In this document: in pieces, positions 8,977 through 18,102 of the stretch | Numbering within the stretch: position 1 is the first letter of the stretch | Layout of the letters: the number at the start of each line of letters is the position of its first letter | Origin: a virus | Length of the DNA stretch: 64,000 nt | IMG/VR virus record: IMGVR_UViG_3300023202_000336 | Location: 116,135 to 180,134 of that record | Reading direction: 5' to 3' (one strand) | Program-made: the position numbers and the translations under genes | Notes under the pieces: model-generated | What the model was told of the DNA's origin: nothing | The model's database searches: none | What the model saw: only the letters and a program-made list of their open reading frames with translations

Positions 8977-11340
8977 ATGATTACGAGAGTAAAAATTAAG
9001 AACTTCGGCGTTCATAAGTATATGGATATCGAGTTAGAAAAAGGTATAAACGGGATCATTGGTACGAATGGTTCCGGTAAATCAACGATACTCGAAGCTA
9101 TTAGATTCGGATTTACTGGTCAGGTATCTATGTCGGGGAATAAAGACGATAATGTTTCATGGGGCGAAGATCGCGGTAGTGTAGAGATTTGGTTCACGTA
9201 CGGTGACACTGATTATCAGCTGAAACGTACTCTTGGAGCTGGTTCTTCTCAGCGTCTGATCACCCCGGAAGACACTTATCGTCGAAAGACTGAAATCGAG
9301 CAGTATTTGAGAGAGCTTCTCGGCGCGAGTGCTGACGCGCTTTTGAACAATATTTTTCCTCCACAAGGAGATATAGATAAGATACTTTTCGATACGCGTA
9401 CCCAACGTTTGAAAGAGATGCAGCAAACCGTAGGGCTCCAAAGAGCTGCGGAAGCTGAAAAAGCCCTCGGTAACGAGATTAACAGTTATATATTAACGAT
9501 AGGTCTTGACGCACAGATAGAGGCAATCGAAGAAGAATTTGAAAAAGTAGACGAAGAGCTGAAAGATGCCACTCGACATAAAAGTTCAGTAGATGACGAG
9601 ATAGATTGTCTCGAAACCTATAGAGATAAGCTCAACGAGTTCATGATTTCGCAAGAAAATAGGGTCATATTGGATGATACCAAAAAGGAAATAGACGGCC
9701 TCGAACGAGAGCTCTACAAATCTAATCATGAGCGTCTTGAAATATCCAGTCATATAGAGGCAATGGCGTATCTTCGTGACTCGAAGAAACCGCTCGTAGA
9801 GGATGCTCAGGAGAAACTTCTCGACATCAGGTCGAGAGAGAAACAGATCAAAACGGTCGAATCTTTGAAAGAGAAACTCGTAAAGATAGATAAAGCGATA
9901 GTGGATCTCACAGAGTCGCGAGATGACCTTCTCGATATTATAGAGTCTAAGGAAGATCTCTTACGAAAGAAGCGTTCCAAGCTCGATCAATTAGTAGACA
10001 TCGAGAAGGAAAAGATCCCATACCCGGAGACAGAAGAGGAAAAAGAATATAAAGAAGAATATCAGAACATCGCAGCTGAGCTCGATGATCTGACGAAAAA
10101 GGAGCTGTTTTCGGAAGAGCTGGACGATCTTCAGAAGAAGTTAGAGGGTAGGAATCTCATGCTCGAGTCTATCGACGAGGGTAGCTGCTACGCATGCGGA
10201 GCTCCTGTAGACGACGTTAAGAGGGCCTTTGTTGAGAATGAAATAGAGGAGCTAGAAGGGTCGATTTCGGAGGTTTCAAAGGCTCTTCGCGCAGAACGCG
10301 ATGAGAAGGTACGCGAGTTGACCGAGTATCTCTCTGGTCTCGAAAAGAAAATAGAGTATTACATTAAGACGGCCCGCGAGGTAATATCCTCGAGAAGAAA
10401 GAAAATCGAAAAAGAAGTAGAGGAGCTCGAGAATGACTTGAAGATGCTCAGGTCCGAGAAAGAAACGCTCGGCGAGCTTCGTGCAAAGAAAACAGCAGTA
10501 GAAGAGCAGATATCCAATAACGAAGTAGTAGAGTCTCATGACGTGGATATCGACGAGCTTAAGAGCACGGTCGATAAATACGATAAGGTTCTTACGAAAT
10601 TGAGTGATCTCGAGAGCGAACTTAAGTTAAAGGAACAGAAAATAGAGAATATAGAATCCTCGTTACAGCGAGCTAATGAAAGGAAAGAAAAGATAGAAAG
10701 TAATACCGTCAGTTTTAGTGATGAGGAAATAGCTGAGGCGAAGGAGAAAGTGGACGTTCTTGCTGAGAGACTAAATTTTCGTAAGAGCCTCATAGAGGCC
10801 CTCACTGGACTGGAAGTGAAATATAAGGAATACTCTTCTTCGCTTAAGAGCCTTCATGAGAAATATGAGAGGGAAAAGAAAGATCAAGAATGGGTGAAAT
10901 TCTGTAAAAAAGTAAGAGACGTGTTTCATGTAAGTGCACTTCCGTCCCTCGCCATGAGAGAATACGCGACGGTACTGAACAAGCGTGTCGACTACTATCT
11001 GTCTACGTGGGAGGCTCATTTTACTATGGAGCTCGACGAAGAGCTGTCATTTATAGCTAAATTCGACGATAGAATACATCCGGCGAAGAGGTTGTCGGGT
11101 GGACAAAGGATAATTGCGAGTACAAGTTTTAGACTCGCGATGGGTGATACGTTCGCCAAACGCGTCGGATTGCTAGTTTTAGATGAGCCATCAGTCTATC
11201 TAGACAAAGATAACATCATACATCTACAGAGACTTTTACTGAAGTTGAAGGAGCTGGCCGGCGCGACCGGTAAACAGATCCTCTTGGTTACACACGAAGA
11301 GACATTAAGTGGTTTCTTCGATAACATCATCAGACTGTAA
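8977..11340 (+). CDS. sbcC: SbcC/Rad50 SMC-family ATPase
   Basis: Walker A GTNGSGKST, long coiled coil with central CYAC zinc hook, signature LSGGQ, Walker B LLVLDEP, H-loop VTHE. Confidence 0.93.
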   Translation: MITRVKIKNFGVHKYMDIELEKGINGIIGTNGSGKSTILEAIRFGFTGQVSMSGNKDDNVSWGEDRGSVEIWFTYGDTDYQLKRTLGAGSSQRLITPEDTYRRKTEIEQYLRELLGASADALLNNIFPPQGDIDKILFDTRTQRLKEMQQTVGLQRAAEAEKALGNEINSYILTIGLDAQIEAIEEEFEKVDEELKDATRHKSSVDDEIDCLETYRDKLNEFMISQENRVILDDTKKEIDGLERELYKSNHERLEISSHIEAMAYLRDSKKPLVEDAQEKLLDIRSREKQIKTVESLKEKLVKIDKAIVDLTESRDDLLDIIESKEDLLRKKRSKLDQLVDIEKEKIPYPETEEEKEYKEEYQNIAAELDDLTKKELFSEELDDLQKKLEGRNLMLESIDEGSCYACGAPVDDVKRAFVENEIEELEGSISEVSKALRAERDEKVRELTEYLSGLEKKIEYYIKTAREVISSRRKKIEKEVEELENDLKMLRSEKETLGELRAKKTAVEEQISNNEVVESHDVDIDELKSTVDKYDKVLTKLSDLESELKLKEQKIENIESSLQRANERKEKIESNTVSFSDEEIAEAKEKVDVLAERLNFRKSLIEALTGLEVKYKEYSSSLKSLHEKYEREKKDQEWVKFCKKVRDVFHVSALPSLAMREYATVLNKRVDYYLSTWEAHFTMELDEELSFIAKFDDRIHPAKRLSGGQRIIASTSFRLAMGDTFAKRVGLLVLDEPSVYLDKDNIIHLQRLLLKLKELAGATGKQILLVTHEETLSGFFDNIIRL

Positions 11341-11354
11341 AAAAGGGTCACATA

Positions 11355-12092
11355 ATGCCCAGAATCACTTTCATCAACGACGACGGCGCCGGATTCGGAT
11401 CCCCGCGCGAGGTCCCCTACGGCACCACCATGGCCGGTCTCTTCCGCGAGATCTGGCCGACGGGTAATCCGGAGCACTTCCGGTTTACTCTCAACGGTCG
11501 CTCCGCTACCGGTGACGATCGTCTCTCGGATGGCGATCGTGTCGCCATGATCGCCGCTACCGACGAGGCGCGTTACCCGGGTTACGGCCAGCGCCTCGGC
11601 GGTACCGTCGGTGGTTATGGTGCGGTCGACCGCGATGGTGGCGACCGCGTCGCTTTCATCGCTCCGCACGGCACCGGTTTCGCCGATTGGTACTACATCC
11701 GTCCTGGTACCACTCTCGAGCAGTTCGTTTATGAGCGTCTCGGTCGTCATTTCGACGTTCGCAATCACGTCATCAGCGTCGATGGCGTTCAGGGTCCCCC
11801 GGCCTCGCAGGTTCTCCGGGCGAACAACCATATCTCGGTCACTCCGCGCAACATCAAGGCTGCGTCGGATGTCGAGATCACCCTCATCAAGGGTTCCGGT
11901 GCCGGTTATGCGGCTCGTCGGCGTATCCCCCAGGGGACCACGCTCGGCGAGCTGTTTCACCGGGAGACCGAGGGTGACGATCCGGAGCGGACTCACATCA
12001 TCAAGCTCAACGGTGAGACCGCCACCCGCGATCGGGTTCTCGAGAACGGCGACTCGGTGACGATCTCTCCGAAGAACGTCAAAGGCGCCTGA
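11355..12092 (+). CDS. Triple ubiquitin-like (tandem beta-grasp) protein B
   Basis: Three similar domains each with GxGxxxxxxxxxGTT(M/L); the third ends PKNVKGA and the second PRNIKAA. Confidence 0.8.
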   Translation: MPRITFINDDGAGFGSPREVPYGTTMAGLFREIWPTGNPEHFRFTLNGRSATGDDRLSDGDRVAMIAATDEARYPGYGQRLGGTVGGYGAVDRDGGDRVAFIAPHGTGFADWYYIRPGTTLEQFVYERLGRHFDVRNHVISVDGVQGPPASQVLRANNHISVTPRNIKAASDVEITLIKGSGAGYAARRRIPQGTTLGELFHRETEGDDPERTHIIKLNGETATRDRVLENGDSVTISPKNVKGA

Positions 12093-12099
12093 GCAGTTA

Positions 12100-12140
12100 G
12101 AGGGGAGGCAGCATTCGTCTGCCTCCCCTCGTTTTTGTTT
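12100..12140 (+). terminator. Intrinsic terminator after triple Ubl
   Basis: 12-bp stem GAGGGGAGGCAG/CTGCCTCCCCTC followed by GTTTTTGTTT. Confidence 0.8.
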
Positions 12141-12194
12141 ACCCCATCTCACCACGATCGAGAGATCGAGAGATCGAAAACCATAAGGAGCGTT

Positions 12195-14267
12195 ATGGCC
12201 TCAATCGAGGATACTCTGCAAGGAACGTTCGTTCCTACTCCTCATCAGATCCAGAAGTACAAGTTCGTAGGTGATGATCTCTCCATATACCCGTGCGAAG
12301 GGCTCGAAGAGCGTAGGTTCCTAAGGCTTTTGATGCTCGCTGCAAGATTCTATAGTATTCTCTGTGAGAACGAAGGTAAGACGGCTCTCAATAGAAACAG
12401 GCAGTTGATACAGTCAGAGATTGAAGGATTCTCGCGATCGATCAATAATCTCCGAAGATCAGTTGGAGAGTTAAATCAAAAGAGTTCCGTGAAATTCATG
12501 AAGGAAGTTCAGAAGACTTCTGGATACGTGGAAGCTATGGAAAAGACGATAGGAGAAATAGTAGACCGTGGAGTAGAGAAGTCGTCTCTTTTCGATTTTA
12601 TGACGATCTATAAAGACTTCTACCATATGAGTGTCGGTGACGTTTACGAAGGGGTTTACCCCATTTTCTACGAAGATATCAAAAAAGACAAAAAGTTGGC
12701 AGTTATAGGTAAACCAGAGGCGGAAGTTTTTAATGACAAGATCGTAATACTTACAAAGCCGGCATCTATTAAGCACAATAAGAGAATTATTGACTTCGGA
12801 AACTATTTTATCACGTACTCTTTCCAGGTGTTGAACGATGCTTTACGGTCTGGAAACTCGGCTGCAATTCATAGCGGTTTGCGCCTCTCATCGCCGTCTC
12901 CACGTTACCCAAAAGACGATGACGGGGATAATATACACCCTCACATATCCGGTAACGGTATGTGCACAGGAGAGGCAGGTTACCGTATCTTGAGCTTTCT
13001 CCAGCAGGGCGTACTTTCAGGGGTTTTCCAACTCGTAAACAGCATCCTGAATACACTCGGATCAGGTCCCTACAGAGCGATCAGCGCCTGGGATCCTCGC
13101 CCGTCGTGTGCGGGGTGTGGCGAGATTATCGGTGAAGATGACGAAAGGGTCAATTGTTCTTCGAATGGTGCAGCGCTTCACAAGTCGTGCGCATATGAAG
13201 ACGAGGATGGGAACTTTCACGAACATCGCTTCGTCAAGACTTGTACCTTCTGTTTCAACGAGGGTGTTTTCGATGACAGGACTACGCGTGGAGGCAATGT
13301 CGGATGTCCTCTGTGCATTGAGGAGCTTTCGCGAGTCGAAAATCTCGTCAACGAAGGAAAGTTCCCTTGCCCGAACTGTAATCACGTTCATGAAGGCGAA
13401 GACGCGTTCGATCATAAGATAGAGCTCGGAGAGAAGGACTACGCGTGTACCAGATGTGTGAGCTGGGTCAGAGAGCCCAACGAGGACGGCGTCGGCACCT
13501 GTGAAGTAGAAGGAATAGGTCGCGTCACTACAAGTCGCATGATAACCCAGAGGAGTCGCCGCTCTTTTCCGCGTATTCCGAATATCGTCGTCTGCAGCTG
13601 CGGATCGAGAGTAGCCGAAGAAAATATCAGAAGAGACGATTTCGCAATGTCCAACTGTTGCCAGGTATGCGACCCCGATAATCTCGGAATGTCTCAGTCG
13701 TTCCTTGCGCAGGTGCCTATCATGGAAGCGTGGCTGTGGAACTTTTACGGAACGCATATAGGTGAGATGACGACGCAGTATTGCCGCCTCTATAGTTTCG
13801 TCGGCGAAGACGTTTCTGCCGAACGGGCTGCGAGCGTGGTCAAGAGATTGCGATGCTGGGAGATTAACCTGAGTAGAACCATGTGCTACGTCGATCGCCA
13901 TACCTCTCTGAGAGAGAAGGCCATATTCTGGGAAACCGTTTTAGCCGATACCGGCTTCATCATCCTGACCGCAGACGAGGAAAGCATCCGTATCCATGAC
14001 GAAATCCAAAGATTCCGAACAGAAGACGCGACGCGCGCCGGTAACGCGCCGGAAGGCGTCCTCGAAAGAGAAAGAGAAAGGATCCAGGAAACCCTCCGGC
14101 GGCTCAGAGACTTCTTCTCCGGAAGAAGAGCCGCAAGAGATGAAGAAGGAAGAGAAGAAGAAGGAAGAGAAGAAGACGGAAGAGAAAGAACCGACGAAGA
14201 TCGAGAAGAAATCCGAGCAGGCGAAGCAGGAGTCGTCGAGGCCGTCGATACCGGTGACGGCGCCTGA
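12195..14267 (+). CDS. E2-like protein B fused to multiple zinc fingers
   Basis: HPHISGNGMCTG E2-like motif (Cys codon 12963) followed by CAGC-C-HKSC, CTFC, CPLC, CPNC, CTRC, CSC and CCQVC; AAGGAG before ATG 12195. Confidence 0.7.
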   Translation: MASIEDTLQGTFVPTPHQIQKYKFVGDDLSIYPCEGLEERRFLRLLMLAARFYSILCENEGKTALNRNRQLIQSEIEGFSRSINNLRRSVGELNQKSSVKFMKEVQKTSGYVEAMEKTIGEIVDRGVEKSSLFDFMTIYKDFYHMSVGDVYEGVYPIFYEDIKKDKKLAVIGKPEAEVFNDKIVILTKPASIKHNKRIIDFGNYFITYSFQVLNDALRSGNSAAIHSGLRLSSPSPRYPKDDDGDNIHPHISGNGMCTGEAGYRILSFLQQGVLSGVFQLVNSILNTLGSGPYRAISAWDPRPSCAGCGEIIGEDDERVNCSSNGAALHKSCAYEDEDGNFHEHRFVKTCTFCFNEGVFDDRTTRGGNVGCPLCIEELSRVENLVNEGKFPCPNCNHVHEGEDAFDHKIELGEKDYACTRCVSWVREPNEDGVGTCEVEGIGRVTTSRMITQRSRRSFPRIPNIVVCSCGSRVAEENIRRDDFAMSNCCQVCDPDNLGMSQSFLAQVPIMEAWLWNFYGTHIGEMTTQYCRLYSFVGEDVSAERAASVVKRLRCWEINLSRTMCYVDRHTSLREKAIFWETVLADTGFIILTADEESIRIHDEIQRFRTEDATRAGNAPEGVLERERERIQETLRRLRDFFSGRRAARDEEGREEEGREEDGRERTDEDREEIRAGEAGVVEAVDTGDGA

Positions 14268-15960
14268 AGAGAAGAGAAAAGAGGCAGAGGATCTTCCAGC
14301 CTCTCCCGTGAGGCCTATACTCGAGTATTCCGAGGGAGTCGACGCCCTGTATTTCACGCCGTATGCTTGGGCGAAGCTCCAGTTCATGTGTCACTCCGTC
14401 GATACCGAAATCGGCGGAATGGCACTTACGGCAGCAGACAATCCGTTTCTCATCGAGGATATAGGTATCGTCAAGCAGAAGGCGAGTGCAGCTTTCGTTG
14501 ATTTCGATGACGAGGCGTTGAACGATTTCATGACCGAGCAGTTCGTAAAGCACGATCGTCAGCCGATCAACTGCATGAGGATCTGGATACATACGCATCC
14601 GCATGGATGCACGAAGCCTTCGGGACAGGACGAAAATACGTTCAGAGACGCTTTCGGAAGCGCAGACTGGGCAGTGATGTTCATTCTTGCGAAATCAGGA
14701 GAGGTCTACGCGCGTATGCGGGCTGATACTGCGCACGGCGTTTCGATCAACAAGCATCTCGACGTAGATATAGACTGGTCCAAACCTTTCGAGGGTTCGG
14801 ACCACGACAGCTGGCTCGAAGAGATCCGTGAGAAGGTCACTATCAGAACGTATTCGACTCCAGCAAAAGTAACGAGGTTCCCTGGTACGAGAAGCCGCGG
14901 CGTAAACGCGCTGATAAGCGATAAGAGATCGAGCTCGAACTCCACGAAGTCTTACATCGATGATGATTATATTTTAGATAATGAGTGGTACGGCGGTGGA
15001 TACGGTTACGGAGACGGTTACGGCGGTCAGAGAAGGTATTCCCGCGATAGTACGACGCACGGGAGGAAGGTGGAGATTCGCCTGTATCCTGAACACGTCT
15101 GCTACGATATGCCGAACCAGCTTTATATCAATCTGCTGAAGATGCCCCGTAAGAATTCGTTCTTCATTCATTCGGATAAGAAGGTTCTCGAGAAACTCGG
15201 GGCGGTGATGGTTCCGTACAAGAAGCACGAGGGCAAAGAGACCGCTAAGTTCCTCTGCTATATCAAGAGTCATGGCAAGAAGTATACAGTCGATTCGAGA
15301 GCACTCACTATGATGGTCGACCACCCCGTTCCCGTCCTCAAAGCTATTTTGGAAGAGCGTCACGAAGCCGAACAGAAGCTTCTGAAGATAGCGGATGGCA
15401 GGAACGAGAACATGTACGGTTTTACCGATATCTTCGGTAAACGGTGTCATGTAATCGTTCCTTGGTTCTGCCTGAACAGGAGGCTGATCTGGCTTTCGGA
15501 GGACGAGTATGTGACGATGGAAGAGATAAACGACGGTATTACTTCGCTTGAAGAGTCACTCGATAAAGAGGAAGATGATACGAAGGAGCTTACGACAGTG
15601 GGCAGCGAGGACGATAAGGGTGACGAACAGTTTTTGGATAAGGAAATCGAAGATTTGGAGACCGGGTTCTTCTTGGAAGAGAAGGAGCTGGCGGACGGTA
15701 AGCGTAAGATAAATCTCAGTTTCGATCACTTCTTCTCGGAAGCGTGGGATAACGTAATAGCGTACCTTAAGGCAGCGAACTATTTCGGAGCGAGTGAGAA
15801 GGACATCGAGACGAGACTCTTCAAGTACGAAATGGAAGCCAAAGCAGATGTAGAGAGAGAAGCTTACGAGGCGGTGAATAAGCTGGTGAGGTTGAAGGGT
15901 TACGACGTAGAAGCTCTCAAAGCCGTGATGATCAGTGACCAGAAGGAGGAAGAGGAATGA
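14254..15960 (+). CDS. JAB/MPN+ metalloprotease B with long C-terminal extension
   Basis: TEIGG plus H-T-H-x7-S-x2-D (HTHPHGCTKPSGQD); start uncertain (GTG 14254 preferred over 13996). Confidence 0.88.
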   Translation: MTAPEEKRKEAEDLPASPVRPILEYSEGVDALYFTPYAWAKLQFMCHSVDTEIGGMALTAADNPFLIEDIGIVKQKASAAFVDFDDEALNDFMTEQFVKHDRQPINCMRIWIHTHPHGCTKPSGQDENTFRDAFGSADWAVMFILAKSGEVYARMRADTAHGVSINKHLDVDIDWSKPFEGSDHDSWLEEIREKVTIRTYSTPAKVTRFPGTRSRGVNALISDKRSSSNSTKSYIDDDYILDNEWYGGGYGYGDGYGGQRRYSRDSTTHGRKVEIRLYPEHVCYDMPNQLYINLLKMPRKNSFFIHSDKKVLEKLGAVMVPYKKHEGKETAKFLCYIKSHGKKYTVDSRALTMMVDHPVPVLKAILEERHEAEQKLLKIADGRNENMYGFTDIFGKRCHVIVPWFCLNRRLIWLSEDEYVTMEEINDGITSLEESLDKEEDDTKELTTVGSEDDKGDEQFLDKEIEDLETGFFLEEKELADGKRKINLSFDHFFSEAWDNVIAYLKAANYFGASEKDIETRLFKYEMEAKADVEREAYEAVNKLVRLKGYDVEALKAVMISDQKEEEE

Positions 15961-16634
15961 GCGAAGAGCAGACCACTGTAGAAGAGCGCTATAGCCGACA
16001 GGCATCTCTGATACCTCCCGATAAAATCGCTACTTTGACGGTATGCGTGATCGGTGTCGGCGCTATCGGGAGGCAAGCTGCACTTCAGCTTGCCGCCTCA
16101 GGTGTCGGACGTCTGAAACTGATAGATCACGACGATATCGAAAGGGTGAATCTCGGTCCTCAGGGCTATTACGAGTCGGACATCGGGAAGAAGAAAGTCG
16201 AAGCGACAGCTGACGTGGCGCGATCGAACAACCCGGAGATCAGCATCGAGGCGGTAGATCGACGTTACAATCCTGTAGACGGCGATTGTGATGCGGTCTT
16301 CATGTGCGTCGATAGCATCGAGACTCGAAGGTTCATCTATGAATCTTTGATGGATCGGAAGCCGTTCCTTGTCGACGGCAGGATGGCCGCTGAGACGCTG
16401 AGAATCGTGACCGCCTACGATGATTCGACTTACGAGGACTACGAAGAGACACTCTTTTCAGATGATGAAGCTTTCGAGGGAGAGTGTACTGCAAGAAGCA
16501 CTATCTATTCGGCGAACATCGCCGCAGGACTGATGGTTGCGCAGTTCGCAAAGTGGGTTAGAGAGATGGAGATGATTATCAAGCCTGACTTCATTCTTAA
16601 TCTTCTGAGTGGAGAGCTATTCGAAACGGAGTAA
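15957..16634 (+). CDS. ThiF/E1-family adenylyltransferase B
   Basis: GVGAIG, DHDDIERVNLGPQ, GKKKV, CVDSIETR; candidate catalytic Cys177 (ECTARST). Confidence 0.92.
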   Translation: MSEEQTTVEERYSRQASLIPPDKIATLTVCVIGVGAIGRQAALQLAASGVGRLKLIDHDDIERVNLGPQGYYESDIGKKKVEATADVARSNNPEISIEAVDRRYNPVDGDCDAVFMCVDSIETRRFIYESLMDRKPFLVDGRMAAETLRIVTAYDDSTYEDYEETLFSDDEAFEGECTARSTIYSANIAAGLMVAQFAKWVREMEMIIKPDFILNLLSGELFETE

Positions 16635-16635
16635 A

Positions 16636-18102
16636 ATGGCGTATCTCGCGTATATCGGTAGAGCTTTGGCGCTATACCCAGCGAAACTGGGTGAGCTTTT
16701 CGAAGAGCACTGTACGGTAGAAAAAGTAGTTAGCGAAGAGGTATGGAAAACCAGTAGGTCGACCGGTCGACGGTATCGTAAAGTCGAGCGGATAGGCAAA
16801 AAGGTAGAGATGTACTGGTACGCCGAAGACGATGGAAAAGAAGTTTTCTGTGCCTATTCAGGGTACGGTGCTCATATCGAAAAGACGCTAAAGCAACGAA
16901 AGATTCCATACACCACCGAGAACCGTGTCGATCACGGTCTTCCGAAACCAAATCTTGAAGCGATCAGACATATAGAATGGCGGCCACGGCAAAAAGAAGT
17001 CGTGGCCGCCATTCTGGCTTACAACGGGGGTGCTATCGATTGCCCGACGGCGTTCGGTAAAACCTTTATAGTTAAGCAGATCGCAAAAGTTTATCCGGAG
17101 TCCCCTATTATCGTAACTGTTCCGTCCGTGGATATCGCAAATGACATCTACGATGGATTACGTTTCGATATACCGGGGGTGGGAATGGTCGGCGACGGAA
17201 AGAATAAACCAGATAGGGTTACAGTTGCGGTAAGCCAGTCGTTACACAAGTGCGATAGGCACGCGAGTTTGGTTCTTGTAGACGAGTGTCATGCGATTCT
17301 CACGACGAATTTCATAAAGAAGCTTCATAGATTCTATCGGGCAAAGTTCTTCGGATTTACCGCTTCTCCGGAAGGTAGAAGCGACAAGGCAGACAGGTTT
17401 TTAGAGGCTTTATTCGGGGAGGTATTAGTCCGTGTTTCCTATCAAGAGTGCGTAGAGAGCGGAAACGTTGCTCCTATTAAAGTACACGCTTACACCGTAG
17501 AAGACGGGCCTGACGTTTCAGCAATAGAGAATCATACGAAGGCAGATCGCCTCGGTATATGGACGAACCGTACAAGAAACGAATTCATTGCGCGTGTAGT
17601 AAGAAAAGTAGAAAAGGATGTTGGCGACAACGAACAGATTCTGATTATGGTCGATAAGACCGAGCACGCCTATGCTCTTGGGCAGTATCTCGACGACTAC
17701 ACCGTTGTTTCAGCCGAACCCGATCCGAGACGAGTTGCCCAAATGCGACGAAACGGGTCGATGTTACGGGCGCAAAAGATATGTACTAAGAAGTCGCGGG
17801 GATATTATAAACGTATGTTCGAGCTCGGGAGACTCAAAAAGGTTATCGCAACGAAGGTGTGGAAACAGGGAGTCGATTTTCAGGACCTTTCGGTTCTCGT
17901 ACGCGCTGATGCCGTTTCAACTCCGATACAGTCTACACAGATCCCGGGAAGACTTAGTAGACTCGGACGAGAAAAAGAGAAAGATTACGGCATACTTATA
18001 GATTTCTTCGATAAGTTTAGTGGGAATTTGTACGCGCGTTCACTAAATAGATTCAAGGTGTATCGCAGCAAAGGGTGGAGTATCGAGAACAAGACATGTT
18101 AA
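16636..18102 (+). CDS. SF2 helicase (UvsW-like)
   Basis: PTAFGKT, VDECH, TASP, QGVD, QIPGRLSR motifs. Confidence 0.88.
   Translation: MAYLAYIGRALALYPAKLGELFEEHCTVEKVVSEEVWKTSRSTGRRYRKVERIGKKVEMYWYAEDDGKEVFCAYSGYGAHIEKTLKQRKIPYTTENRVDHGLPKPNLEAIRHIEWRPRQKEVVAAILAYNGGAIDCPTAFGKTFIVKQIAKVYPESPIIVTVPSVDIANDIYDGLRFDIPGVGMVGDGKNKPDRVTVAVSQSLHKCDRHASLVLVDECHAILTTNFIKKLHRFYRAKFFGFTASPEGRSDKADRFLEALFGEVLVRVSYQECVESGNVAPIKVHAYTVEDGPDVSAIENHTKADRLGIWTNRTRNEFIARVVRKVEKDVGDNEQILIMVDKTEHAYALGQYLDDYTVVSAEPDPRRVAQMRRNGSMLRAQKICTKKSRGYYKRMFELGRLKKVIATKVWKQGVDFQDLSVLVRADAVSTPIQSTQIPGRLSRLGREKEKDYGILIDFFDKFSGNLYARSLNRFKVYRSKGWSIENKTC

Noticed and set aside
11196-12155. Long antisense ORFs (also 7002-7865, 5893-6681, 28673-29596, 35325-36029)
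   Set aside because: Shadows of motif-bearing + strand genes; no recognisable domains
13996-14267. Dual-coding 270-bp overlap between E2 B and JAB B
   Set aside because: The region is a T-poor GAA-rich low-complexity tract that lacks stops in several frames; a start at 14254 explains it
7260-15960. Lambda-type tail assembly JAB/Ubl (gpK/gpI)
   Set aside because: No NlpC/P60 fusion, no tail genes nearby, and E1/E2 genes are present
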